Shown here piece by piece: positions 10,240 to 22,245 of a stretch of 44,781 nucleotides of DNA. The notes under the pieces are model-generated. The model searched no databases and was not told the DNA's origin. It saw only the letters and a list, made by a program, of their open reading frames with translations. The position numbers and the translations under genes are program-made. Numbering within the stretch: position 1 is the stretch's first letter; each line of letters starts with the position of its first letter. The stretch comes from Macrostomum lignano (Eukaryota), in assembly GCA_002269645.1 (NCBI GenBank), contig NIVC01002609.1:1-44781 (forward strand), written 5' to 3'.

Positions 10240-10660
10240 CTGCAACACCGCCAACTGCCGATCCCACTACAGATTCGTAGCGGGCCTCCAGGCTCCTGCT
10301 CGGACGGCTGACACCATCGACGGCGCCGACTATTGGCGCATCGAGTGCCGCCGCCTGGACGAGGCCGACGATTGTCGGGAGGCCGTCCAAGGTCTGGTCC
10401 GGCTGTCGGGCTGCCGCGGTAAGCAGTCGATCTGGGGCAACTCCTGGTCGGCAACTGCGGCCTTGCCGTCGATGTCGATTGCCACATTGCGGATGCGCCT
10501 TCGACTTCCGGCTGATTTTGGCGAGCCGAGGGCCGAAGAATCAGGGTATGCTGACACTGATGATGAAGCAGAGGAGGAGGCTGCGGCTGATGGAGAGCCA
10601 GCGATGGAAGCTGAAGTAGGGGACAAGCCGGCAGCTGAGTCGGAGGCTAAAGAAGAGTAA
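10240..10660 (+). CDS. Exon 4 (terminal, acidic tail) of the uncharacterised gene
   Basis: Acceptor gaacag|C completes the AGC codon from exon 3; ends TAA at 10660. Confidence 0.6.
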
Positions 10661-11242
10661 AAGATTAAAGATTTGCTTATCTTCTATAGGATTTTTGTTG
10701 ATTTCGGTTCGAGAATTAGCTTATCAATCTATAGAATCCGCTTGTGTTAAATAATATTTTCCTCCGTCTTAAAAACAGTATAAGTAGCAACCTATAGATT
10801 CAGATGTTACTTGATTTAAAAAGTACAGCGAAGCCTACAGACTGCTAATTAAAAAATATTTTGAAGCAAAGAAATTTATTTCCGCTGCTTTCAAAATACT
10901 GCGAATAGAAAAAACTGCCTATATCAAAGCAGCTGTTACTTTTAATTGAAAAAATATAAAGTTTTTGGCATGCAGTGGGCCACTGGTTATCGACTTGAAT
11001 TTGAAAATTATTTCTTGGAAATGATTTACTGGAAGTTGAAACTTTCAGGATGCATTTTTACAAAACAAATATTCATATTTGGCATTCTGAAAGTGTAAAA
11101 TGAGATGTTTGCACTTTTCATTTCTATATGTAAAGAGAATAAGGAAATTTTTCTTAAGGAAAATAAGATAAACTAACGGATATATTCACAATGTGTCATT
11201 AACCTAAGGGGGTTGGCGGGGCTGAGTACAGATAAGAAAAGG

Positions 11243-11480
11243 AGGGGTGCAGTGCGCGACTAAGGAAAGAGGCGAGATGGAAGAGCCAATCAGAAGGCAG
11301 CGAGGGAGAGAGATAAGAATAACAAGACTGAATTGGACAGAGGGGGAGAGAAACAGAGACGAAGGGGTGAAGCGCGCGACTGAGAAGAGGCGAGATGGAA
11401 GAGCCAATCAGAAGGCAGCGAGGGAGAGAGATAAGAATAACAAGACTGAACTGGACGGAGCTGGAGAGTAAACAGAGAAG
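11243..11480. repeat. Tandem duplication of about 118-120 bp, purine-rich
   Basis: aggggtg..gcgcgact..gaggcgagatggaagagccaatcagaaggcagcgagggagagagataagaataacaagactgaa occurs twice. Confidence 0.9.
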
Positions 11481-14440
11481 ACACAGACAAGTGCAGATGA
11501 ACTTGAGAAATGACTAATAAAGGCGCCCACCCCACACCGCGACCCTTAGTTCGTATTTGCGTCTATCTACAGATTCTACACTTGCATGCAAAATCGTGCT
11601 GTAAACGAAGGTAATTATACATTGCCATTGCTGCTTTCGGTAAGTAGAAGTTCCAAGTGTAGTTACTCGCTTTTCCTCGTCAAAAGCACGTCCCTCTAGA
11701 TTCCTCATTCGGACAGCTTCTCAAGCATCTTTCCTACTATAGCTTTAATTCTTAAATTTCTCATACTCTTAACTAGAAAATGATTGAGCCCACTCGTCTG
11801 TCAGGGCTAGTAGATTTCTTCAAGTCGTTGGCTCAAGTTTCCTTACTAGAGCCGAGCAGTAATATACACGGAATCCATACCGACTCAATTCCTATAGCAC
11901 GAGCTGGCTGAAAATCCAATTTACGATTTGGTCAAACCTGCGAGAGTCTATTGGAAAGCGAGCTTGGCACATAGGAAGAGAATTCGGCTCAGAAATTCTT
12001 CCGATTCCGCTGGCCCCTCCTTCTCTTACTCTCAGCTTGTCCGAATCTGAGACGCACTTAGGCGCGCTCTCTGCATCCACCATCCTATTCAAGCCAGGGG
12101 TGAACCGGCAAACCCGCAACACCCCGCATCCACTCAGTCCACAGTCAAGATCGATAGTCCCAGCATTCGTCTAGGCCGAGGGAGCAGCATTCTGGGGGGT
12201 AGAGGCGCAGAGACAGACAGGGCAGACAGACAGTCGGACGAAAAGGGAGGCGTTTCCGATAGACGGATGCAAATTTGTTCAGTAAGTTTGACTATCCATT
12301 TCACTTCCCTGCTCCACACTGCGCACACGTGGCTAACAAGCCGTGCTAACACTCGGGCTACCTTCTCTCCTCTTTTTCTTCCTAATCAAAATCGTCATTT
12401 TCTTTTCCATCTTAGCCACAGGCACAGCACTAGGCTTCTAGCTCATCATCCTGGAGCGTTTCGTCTGTCTATCCATCTCATCTCTCTCTCCTCACCTGTA
12501 TAGTACAGAGCAGTCCGTGTTTGCCCTGCGTGACTGACAATAATCCTCAACGAATTGTCTATCCACACAGACCACAGCTCCTCTCACTTGTCCGACGTGG
12601 ATTCTTCTTTCTAGCCTTCTTTCGCTTGACTAAAGTTGACTTTACATTTGCCCATGCCGATTCATTTAACACCCGTTTGACTTCTATATAGTTCTAATAG
12701 ACTGATTTAGCCCAGGAGTGTGCATGCATGTATAACGAGGCATAGTAAAATACTGCTGCCTGTTTTTTGTTACGATTCTACAGATGAAAACAAACAAATT
12801 CAGATAAACGTTTGTGCTTTTCGTGTCTTTTTGTACACATATAAACATAGATGATGTTTAAATATATCATATATTTATATATTTAAAACACGCTGAAAAC
12901 GTCGCACAAATAAACAGGGAAACCTACAAATTCAATCTACTGATTTTATCCAGTGGTGTCTTTAACATACGAAAAGCTTGGTGAAATTTTATCAGCTGAA
13001 GTCTAATAAATTTCGTCTGCTTATAACGATTCTTACCTTCGACAACGGAAACATCGAAAATACAGAAAAAATATTGCTTAGTGGTTTTTTTCTCAAAGCC
13101 TGCACACAAAATGAATAAGACTGCTTACTAAAAAACGTGAGATAAACGAGCGCAAGAAAGCGGACCAAAAAATTCACGGCACAGCAATTTATCGTCAGAG
13201 GGGTTAAATCTGCGTTTGTAAATTGTAAGGTTTAACTGCGAGGCTCTGAAACCTACGGGATAGCAACATTTAATAAATAATTTATGTAGCACATGTGTAA
13301 CTAATACAATAAATATGCTTTGGAACACGTATGCCTGCGCTTGTAAAAATGGGAATTTACTTGCAAAAAATGAAAATTCGGACTACCGCAATTTGTACTG
13401 AAATACAGCTGCGTACGATTTTGATTTAGTGCCAGGGTTTGTTATATCTGTTATAATTTTATGGACTTTGTTGATCGATATTCTCACTGTTATTTGACTG
13501 AGTTGATTTACTGCTATTAGATTTCTCAAATCCAGTAATCCGGTTTAGAATATAAAGAATAAACGACATATACTGACAAAAACTGAACTAAATATAGCCA
13601 TTAAAAAACCTTTTTTGCCATATCTGATCGGTTTATCAGTGACACACTGGGGGAACGCCTAGTCAGAAAAGCTACTCAAAGTTAGCGTATTACAGAAATA
13701 GGGTGTGGAAATCAAGCATTTGGACAAAAATACGCGCACAAAATAGATAAAGCGCAGAGTGTACACTTACACGTCCATAAAATCACAAAATTCACAAATA
13801 ATAATAAAACAAATACAAAAACTGACAATCACTGTTTCGTTGAAAACACGGTAATTAATAAGTTAGGTTATACAAATCAATGATAAACGTGCATAAATAC
13901 GCATTTTATTAGCTTGGAAAAGCCTCATTGTTTGTAAGCGAACATTACGGTAGACTTAAAGCGCACAGTTCAGAGTCTGCTGACTACAACTGAGAATATT
14001 CAAGGTCTTCAAACTGCTGCAGTTTGTTCTAGCTAATGCAGACTGTATCAAATTATTGCAGAGAGTCAGCAGCCTCTCGTGAACTATATAGTGCGTCAAG
14101 AATATTGTCAATATCGGCACAGTACACAGTTATCTAAATCAAAATCACAACAAAGCAGGAGCGCACAAAATATAAATATAAGCGTTGATGGCAGTACAGG
14201 ATCGACATGGGACTGTGTAAACCATTAAGCTAAATATAGAAATAATATATATATGTTGCTTCTGACGATTATGCTAAAAACGAGTTTCTGATATAATGCG
14301 AATCGAATGAATGTAAAAACATTGAAAATAAAACACGCACATGAAAGTTTCTACTGACCACACAAAAACACGAGAATGAACTTTTTAAGAATCGATCGTG
14401 AAAATTGTGTTGGGCGTATATATATGCTCGTATTACTATA

Positions 14441-14682
14441 TAGGGTGGTTGAAATATAACGGTATGAAAATCTCCGGCCGTAGTTTTTCTTGTGCATCAA
14501 CGGGTCTTTTGAACAGATAAAGGTCCAACTATAAGCTATTTTAGCAACAATCCGATTTCCATAAGGTTCGTCCCGCTTGCGTTAGGTTTTAAACATGCGC
14601 TACATCCCCGTATCAATTTCAGAAAAAATAGGCGAAAACTTGAACGACTACGAAAAAATATAGGATTTATCCAACCACCTCA
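14441..14682. mobile_element. Possible small MITE with imperfect TIRs
   Basis: TAGGGTGGTTGAAATA at the left, TATCCAACCACCTCA at the right. The TIRs are short and imperfect. Confidence 0.3.
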
Positions 14683-14829
14683 CTGGATCAGTCGTTAACA
14701 GCTTGTAAAAAAACGCGAGCTATATTTTGCGGTCGTGCTGGTCGTAACTCTCAATCATGCCTGACAGAGATCGATCGGCTCCCTTACCCAGCAGAGTCTG
14801 CAGCAGTTACCTGTCTAAATTCGCCGAGT

Positions 14830-16125
14830 TTAGGACTTCTCGGGCATCTCCTGCAGCGTGTGCCACTGGGCAATGGGGCGCCTCGGGTTGGCCAGCATGT
14901 CGGACCAGTGGCGCAGCTCGGCGCCGGTGGCTGTGCAGCCCAGCACGATGCGCCCGATGGGCTCGCTGGTGCCGATGCGGTCGTAGTCAACTACCGTGAC
15001 AATCAGGGACACCTTCTGGATCTGTTCGAACGGCACCTCGAAAGAGAACGACTCGTTGTAGTACGGGTTCAGGGTGCACTTCTTAATGGTGGTCTTCTTC
15101 TTCTTGATCCTCTTGCCGTTGAGCATCAGCGACAGTTTCACATACGGATCCGAGAGGCCGCCGACGTCCATCTTCTTGAGGTTCTTAGCCTCCAGAATCA
15201 CGATAGTCAGCTTTCCGGCGGTGGGTACGTAGCGCAGTGAGAAGCAGATGTCGCCGAGACGATTGCTCTTGTCGTCCTCGCTCTCAGGTGGGTCGATGTC
15301 CTTCCACTCCTCGATCAGGCGGGCCAGGTCGATGGCGCCAAGCGGCAGTTTGATCAGACCAATTTGGTCGTGCTTCGAGAAGCGATCGAAATCGTAGACG
15401 GCGAATACAAGAGTCTTCGAGGGCACGTCGGCGTACGGCACCTTAAAGATGAAGGTCTCGTTAAACACCGGGTTGAGAGTCTTCCGATGCACTTTGGTCT
15501 CGAACTTCTTCTTTTTCTCTGGCAGGATATAGACCTTCACGTATGGGTCCGAGGTGCCGCCCATGTCCATGGCGGGCAAGTCCGAGGCCTGAATCACGCC
15601 TACGGACAGCTCGCCCTTTTGGAAGTCGTAGTCAAGCGAGTACTGCAGCTTGCCCAGCTTCTCGACTTCCTTCTCTTGGTTGCCTTCGTTGTCCTCCATC
15701 GTCTCGACCAGCTCCTCCATGTCCGGCTGCACCTTCTCCTTGTACTCATTGCCGAGCAGTTGAACGCTCTTCATGTCCACGGCACCTTTGCCTTTCTTGC
15801 CGTCTTTGCCGCCCTTCTTTCGGCGACAGATGCAGCGCTTGCAGATGCAGTACATGATGAGCAGGAACACCAGCAATACTCCGATAATGATAGTAACAAT
15901 GGCCGGCTTACCCATATGCGCTTTCTCGGATAGTACGTTCAGCGCATTGTCAATCTTGTTAATTGCCTTCTCGCCGGAGCTCTTGGTTGTGCCCATGGCG
16001 ACCGATCGGTCGGTGGTGTTGGACAGGCCGCCGCCGCTGCTGCCACCGTGGACAGCTGCTTTGCCAACGTTGGCCGCAGCCTTGACCATATCAACAGTCG
16101 GAATTCCAACACTTTCGCCGCCCAT
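14830..16125 (-). CDS. Syt1: Synaptotagmin-1, single coding exon, 431 aa
   Basis: TM helix plus Cys cluster ([25 protein letters not shown]). C2A has [11 protein letters not shown] and [11 protein letters not shown]2B has [18 protein letters not shown] and [13 protein letters not shown]-terminus [19 protein letters not shown]. Confidence 0.97.
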   Translation of the reverse strand: MGGESVGIPTVDMVKAAANVGKAAVHGGSSGGGLSNTTDRSVAMGTTKSSGEKAINKIDNALNVLSEKAHMGKPAIVTIIIGVLLVFLLIMYCICKRCICRRKKGGKDGKKGKGAVDMKSVQLLGNEYKEKVQPDMEELVETMEDNEGNQEKEVEKLGKLQYSLDYDFQKGELSVGVIQASDLPAMDMGGTSDPYVKVYILPEKKKKFETKVHRKTLNPVFNETFIFKVPYADVPSKTLVFAVYDFDRFSKHDQIGLIKLPLGAIDLARLIEEWKDIDPPESEDDKSNRLGDICFSLRYVPTAGKLTIVILEAKNLKKMDVGGLSDPYVKLSLMLNGKRIKKKKTTIKKCTLNPYYNESFSFEVPFEQIQKVSLIVTVVDYDRIGTSEPIGRIVLGCTATGAELRHWSDMLANPRRPIAQWHTLQEMPEKS

Positions 16126-18677
16126 TATTTGTTCAGCTAGCTTGACTGCGCGAACTCGCTGAAAGGTTGTCGAAGTTATCGAGCGAAAAATCCGGACGCT
16201 TCCGGTTATCGAATACGATCTGGAGTCGAGCGGCGGTGACGAGCGCGAGGAAGGGAGAGGAGGCTGTGAAAAACCTCACGACTCGGCTCAAATAGGGGAT
16301 CGGCTTCTGTCCTCTCCCCTCCTCCTCCTCCGTCCCTTCGCCTCGTCTTCCGACTGGAGTGCGCCTCGCGCTCTCCCTCTCCTCTTCCTCGGTGGTGGGG
16401 GTGGGGAGGAGAGAAGGGTTAGGGAAGGAAGCGGGCGAAGAGAGAGGGGCAAAGGATAGAATGATCGATTCTCAGCCGCTGTTCGGTTGTCAGGGGCAAC
16501 GCCCTTGCCCTTCTCCCTTGCTCTATCCCGCCCCTATTTTTCCTATTTCCTCCTCGGGTTGCCGGGCGTCTCAAAAGCAAAGCTTTGACTGCTCAGAGGC
16601 TGAGCTCAAATCTCTCTCTATCTTCTCTTCTCTTGGAACCCCTTTTTTCGCCCTCGCCTGATCGATGGATAAGGGGTAGAGAGGCCGCGAGGGAGGCAAA
16701 TGGGAGAGAGGGAAAATAGAGAAGGGGGAGCAATGATGATGGAGAGAGAGAAGCTGGGCAGAGAGTATCGCGGCAGTCAGGAGGGTGTGCGAGTAGAGGA
16801 GACGGGCTTGCGTAGGTGAGGTGAGGTGTTCAGCCGTGGGTCTTCAGTTTCGCAGGACTCTTATAAGTCGGCACGGGCACAGCAGAAAGGAGAGGACACT
16901 AAATATAGCTAGCACTTGGAGGCACGCGGAGAAAAGCAAAATAAAATACGACCCCCCCCCCCAACTCCTCCTCTGAAGGAATATCAGCCGAGTCTTGTAT
17001 TTTTCTTCCCCTTTATCTTCGACTGGCAGAGTCACGAGCTATAGGCACTGTACACGGGCTTAGCTATAGGTAGGTGTTCGAATTCGAACTGAGGGTGCCT
17101 GCAGAGTCTTAACTCTTATCATATCTTCTGCTGCTCGCTGTGCTATCCACACAGCAAGCTCTCAAGACTTTGGTCAGTTCAAAGAAAATGGAAATGTGGC
17201 GCGGGCAGTTTTGAGATTGCCTATAGCTAGCCCCTTTCATCCTCTCTCCCTGTGGTGCGCCCTTTTATCCAGAATCCCTCCCCACCCTCCTTCGTCCATC
17301 ATCTCTCCTTAGTCTCCCGGTCACAGCTTGCACAGCCAGACGCGATACCAATGCAAACTTCCCTTCTCTCCGAATGAATCCCCCCGAGGCCCATCACTTT
17401 TTCTCGATCCTCCCAGCTCCCCATTCCCGACTTATACAGCCTCCTTGTGGCACCCTTTTCCGCTTTGCTCTCCATCCTATAGCCCCATATCCCAATTCTC
17501 CGATCTTCCTCCCCGAAGCAAATTCGGTTGTCTTGAATAAATAATTCCTTATTTCTTGCTTCTATCTCGTAGCTACTTTCCATCCTCTGGCTTATAGATC
17601 AACAGAACTGGACCCGATCAACTCAAGCGATCGGATACATTATGAGAAGACTGCAGCGTTGCTGCTGGAGAAAGTTTTACGAAATATAATTCTCTACCCC
17701 CGGGCCTATCCTCCGGAGAAATAAATGTCTAATTCCTGAAATTATCCTGGAACGTTCGCTGAAGATTTTGCCCTCTTTCTGTGTCTCATCATTTAAACAA
17801 CTTTTGATACACGTTAAAAAGTCGCCTTTATGACTTCGCAGTAGCATTTGAAGGTAGTAAGTTGCTTAATAATCATAATAACAAAGAATAATAATAATAA
17901 TTGATTACACCTGCCCTAATGAGCATGTGCCCTGGGGGTTGGCCCTCACGAAAAAGCAAAAATATATCGAAGAACCGATTGTTATCGAGAATCTAAAAGT
18001 CAAAGAATCATAAAATACGGGCCAGTTGAAAATGTTAAATTGGTCTGTCACTTGAAAGAACGTTTAAAACAATGACAAGACCAATTTAACATGAAAAATC
18101 GATTAATACGTCGTTAGAGCAGCATGTGAGGAACAAAATAGTGTGATTAGAACTTTCTCTTACACTGTTAAGAGACCCTGCAATCACTGTTTTAGTAGTG
18201 TTGAAAATCGTGAAATTTTCTATCTCCGTAGTGTATTTTTCTGGTGAAACCTGCCTTTAAAACTATTTCTGAACGAAAAGCTTTATAAATATCGATGGAG
18301 CAATAAGAAAGGCACAACATATCAAAAGATGAACACTGGATCTGCCTCCTATCAAATGCAATAACAATTTTTGTGCTGGAAAAATGAAAACCTCCTATCT
18401 CTGTAGTGTATTTTTTGGCGACAAGTTGCCTTCAAAACATTTACCATAGATTTCGAGTGTTAGCGTTTTATATATATGTTACTTGAGTAGTCCTTGTTAA
18501 AAAAACACTCATAAATCATTCTGAGTTCGCAAGAAACATGTACTAGCTGAGAAGGCTCCTTGTCTTTAAGCTTTTCTCTTTTGCACTTACAGTAACTGCC
18601 TGAATCAAATGTACTTTACAGGTCAGATAAAGTTCATATTTTTTAGCATTTACATGTATAGCCTGCTTTTAAATAGG

Positions 18678-19202
18678 CGCCCCTGTCTCTTAGGTGAGCG
18701 CCCCTGTCTCTTGGTGAGCGCCCTGTCTCTTAGATGAGCGCCCCTGTCTCTTGGTGGGCACCCCTGTCTCTTAGATGAGCGCCCCTGTCTCTTGGTGGGC
18801 ACCCCTGTCTCTTAGTTGAGCGCCCCTGTCTCTTGGTGGGCACCCCTGTCTCTTAGGTGAGCGCCCCTGTCTTTTAGTGGGCGCCCCTGTCTCTTGGTGG
18901 GCACCCCTGTCTCTTAGGTGAGCGCCCCTGTCTCTTGGTGGGCGCCCCTGTCCCTTAGGTGAGCGCCCCTGTCTTTTAGTGAGCGCCCCTGTCTCTTGGT
19001 GGGCACCCCTGTCTCTTAGGTGAGCACCCCTGTCTCTTGGTGGGCACCCCTGTCTCTTAGGTGAGCGCCCCTGTCTCTTAGGTGGGCGCCCCTGTCCCTT
19101 AGGTGAGCGCCCCTGTCTTTTAGTGGGCGCCCCTGTCTCTTAGGTGAGCACCCCTGTCTCTTAGGTGGGCGCCTCTGTCTCTTGGTGAGCGCCCCTGTCT
19201 TT
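18678..19202. repeat. 20-21 bp minisatellite (tt(a)ggtg(a/g)gc(g/a)cccctgtctc)
   Basis: Direct inspection; abuts the 5' LTR at 19203. Confidence 0.95.
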
Positions 19203-19462
19203 TGTCATGCCGCAGCCCTGCACTCGCTTGTTTTTGCTAAACGGGGTGCCTAGCAGTGTGGGGTGCTTACGCACTGTACTTAGTTTGTGTACATTGTACC
19301 CCCGGCTTTCCTCCCCCTTTTTTATGCCTGTTATGCCTACGCGGCCGCACGTGATTGGTCGAGACCTAAAGGCCCAAAAATATATATCGGCGCTCTCGCC
19401 CTACTTGGAGGGCCAAGCGTTTTCGCACTGCAAAATTGAGACTGACTTCTGAGTCATTACAT

Positions 19463-19474
19463 TGGCGTCGCAAG
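19463..19474 (+). promoter_or_regulatory. Primer-binding site TGGCGTCGCAAG (probably tRNA-Ser)
   Basis: Lies 1 nt after the LTR end; identical 12-mer in element 2. Confidence 0.75.
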
Positions 19475-19482
19475 GCCGGACC

Positions 19483-20949
19483 ATGGCCTTTCTACAATTG
19501 CCGCCCCCAGGAACATTCAGTCTCAGAGACGACCCTCACTCTGTGAGCAAGCGCTGGCAGGACTGGTCCGCCAACCTGCAGCGATACCTGGCGGCAACGG
19601 GCATTACCGACGAAGCCCAGAAGCGACAAATTCTACTGTACACAGCTGGCAAAGAAGTGAGCGACCTGTACAACGAAATTTCTGCACAGACGCAGCCGAC
19701 AAACCAGTCCAACCAGGGCACTGCTCAGCAGCCAACGGTCGACCAGCTCATCCAGCAGTTCAGCAACCACTTCAAAGACCGAGACAACGTAGTTTTCATT
19801 CACTACCAATTCCGACAGTGCCACCAGGACAAAGGAGAGCCCGTAGACGCCTGGCACAGCCGGCTGTGGGGAGCCTCAGAGGCCTGCCAGTTCGAGGGCC
19901 TCCGCCAGTCACTCATCAGGGACCAAATCGTGGCCAGCTGCCGCAGCGAGTCGCTGAGAAAGAGACTGCTGAACGTGCCGAACATCAGCCTGGCGGACAC
20001 TCTACAGCTGGCCAGAACGCACGAAGCCGCAGAGAAGCAGGCAGCCATCATGTCCAACACAGCGGCAATCCCGGAGGAGGTGGCACAGCTTCGACGCCAG
20101 CGCCATCCGCCACAAAAGCCACCACGCGACCCGCAGTCCACCTCCAAGTGCGTCCGTTGCGGTGAACTGGGCCACCGAAGCTGCAGCAGAGCCCAAGGCA
20201 AGCGGTGCAGCAGCTGCGGCAAAATGAATCATCTGGCCAAGGCTTGCCTCAGCGGCCGCTCAAAGATCAACGCACTGCAGCCAGAGCAAGATCAGCCAGC
20301 CGACCAGTCGGTAAGCGAAGTGTTCTGCACCCTCAGCGCCAAAGATGACGGAGCCAAATTCAGCATCAACATCAACGGACAGCAAATCCGCACCCTTATT
20401 GACAGCGGGGCAAGCTGCAACGTTCTGGACAAGGCGACGTTCTGCAGAGTCTGCCGCCCTGGCACGCCGCTGACACCGTCCAACACCAGAGTATTCGCAC
20501 TCGGCGCCAGCGAACCGCTGGAGTTGGCGGGCCAGATCAAGCTACCAGTCAGTGCAAACCACCGCGAGTTGGAGGCCACCTTTATCATCATCAACAGCAG
20601 CTGCACTCCGATACTCGGCAGAGCGTCCAGCACCAAACTCGGCATGCTGAGGGTTGATCCAGAGGTCGTAAAAGAATCTGCGATGGTGGCCAGCCTGGCC
20701 AAGCCAGCGGACTGCGAGGACCGTCATCTGCCCAAGCAACTGCAGCTTCAGAGCATCCTGGTAGGCTTCAGCGACCGCTTCCAAGGCATCGGATGCGTCA
20801 AGGGAGTCAGCGTCACCATCAAGCTGAGGCCAGATGCCAACCCAGCCTGCCAGCCACCGTCCCGCGTACCAGTCCACCTGAGGGCAGCAGTTGTCAAAGA
20901 GCTCGAGGACCAACTGGCACAAGGCATCGTCGAGCGCGTGCACGGACCA
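19483..20949 (+). pseudogene. Element 1 gag-protease-start of RT, truncated by deletion
   Basis: LYTAGKEV, CVRCG..CSSCGKMNHLAKAC, LIDSGASCN, ILGR, then KELEDQLAQGIVERVHGP at the junction. Confidence 0.9.
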
Positions 20950-21620
20950 CTTCTCGCGCTTCCCACTGGTCGAGGTCATGTCCAGCACCACCGCCGCCGC
21001 AGTCATTCGCGTGCTGCGGAATTGGTTCAGCATCTTCGGGCAGCCGATGAAAGTGAGGACCGACAACGGCCCGCCCTTCGCGTCGGCCGAGTTCAGCAGC
21101 TTCCTGGCGGACCAAGGCGCCAGGCACCACCGAATCACTCCGCTGTACCCACAGGCCAACGGCGCTACGGAAAGGTGCAACCAGGGACTCAACAAGGCCA
21201 TCCGTGCGGCCGTGGCCGAAGGCAGGGACTGGACGGCAGCGATCGACGAGTACCTGGCCGCGTAGTGACGCACTCCGCACAGCGCTACTGGGATCGCGCC
21301 CGCCAGCCTCCTGTTCGGGGGGCAGATCATCGACACGATTCCCAACCTCCAGCAATCGCAGCTGGTGGACGTGACGAGAGCAGCCATCAAGGACAAGGAC
21401 CAGCAGTCCAAGGAGAAGATGAAGCACTACGCCGACCAAAGGGCCAAGGCAGCAGACCACGACATTCGGCCAGGAGACCGCGTCCTGCGACGGCTGCAGT
21501 CCAGACAAAAGGCCGACGCCTTCTACGAGTCAACGCCGTGGGTCGTGTCCAAAGTGCTCGGCGACTCGCTGGTCATGCAGCGCGACGACAACACCTGCCA
21601 CGCAGGTCAAGCGGCTGCCA
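20941..21620 (+). pseudogene. Element 1 integrase core, out of frame, with TAG TGA at 21263-21268
   Basis: DHFSRFPLVE..VRTDNGPPF..YPQANGATER..RPGDRVL. Confidence 0.88.
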
Positions 21621-22245
21621 GAAGCGCCAGACCAGCCAGCCGGGCCGGCGCCGCAGCCGCCTGGCATCCCAGGCAGCTCGGACGAGGTGGAGTCGCCGAT
21701 TGCGGCTCGGCCGCACCCGCGCCAGGCCAAAGGCGGAGACAAGAACTATAAAGAAGCTGATTTGCGCATGCGCTAGCTGACTGTTTGATTTTTTTTGCGA
21801 ACTTTCGTGCGCGCTTTGCTATTTATTTCTGGCAATCATGTTGCCTCCAATATAAATTTTTTTTAGTCCAAATCCCAAATATTTTTATTCCACTCGGGGA
21901 GAATTGTCATGCCGCAGCCCTGCACTCGCTTGTTTTTGCTAAACGGGGTGCCTAGCAGTGTGGGGTGCTTACACACTGTACTTAGTGTTACAAGTCTGTC
22001 TTTTGTATTGCGTTATATTTACGCAAGTTGTGTGCCGTGCACTCTCGGCTCTTGCAGCCGTTGCTCTTATCAGAGTCTTCTTGAATACTTATGTATTTCC
22101 ATTTTTTGTCACGAAGGCTCTTTGACACTTGCGCCAACTAATCGCAGTACAGGCAAATAAACTTGTCTATGGCAATTACAAATTAAAGTTCAATCTGCTC
22201 GGGCAGAAGCCAGCCCGCAGCACCTCCCTGCTTCAAAATTACAGT

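Noticed and set aside
16584-16610. Hairpin TTTGA-GCTCAG-AGG-CTGAGC-TCAAA upstream of Syt1
   Set aside because: A single short stem, expected by chance; no family motif.
19462-21780. 772-aa ORF as an intact gag-pol
   Set aside because: After 20949 it reads the integrase out of frame; the true start is the ATG at 19483.
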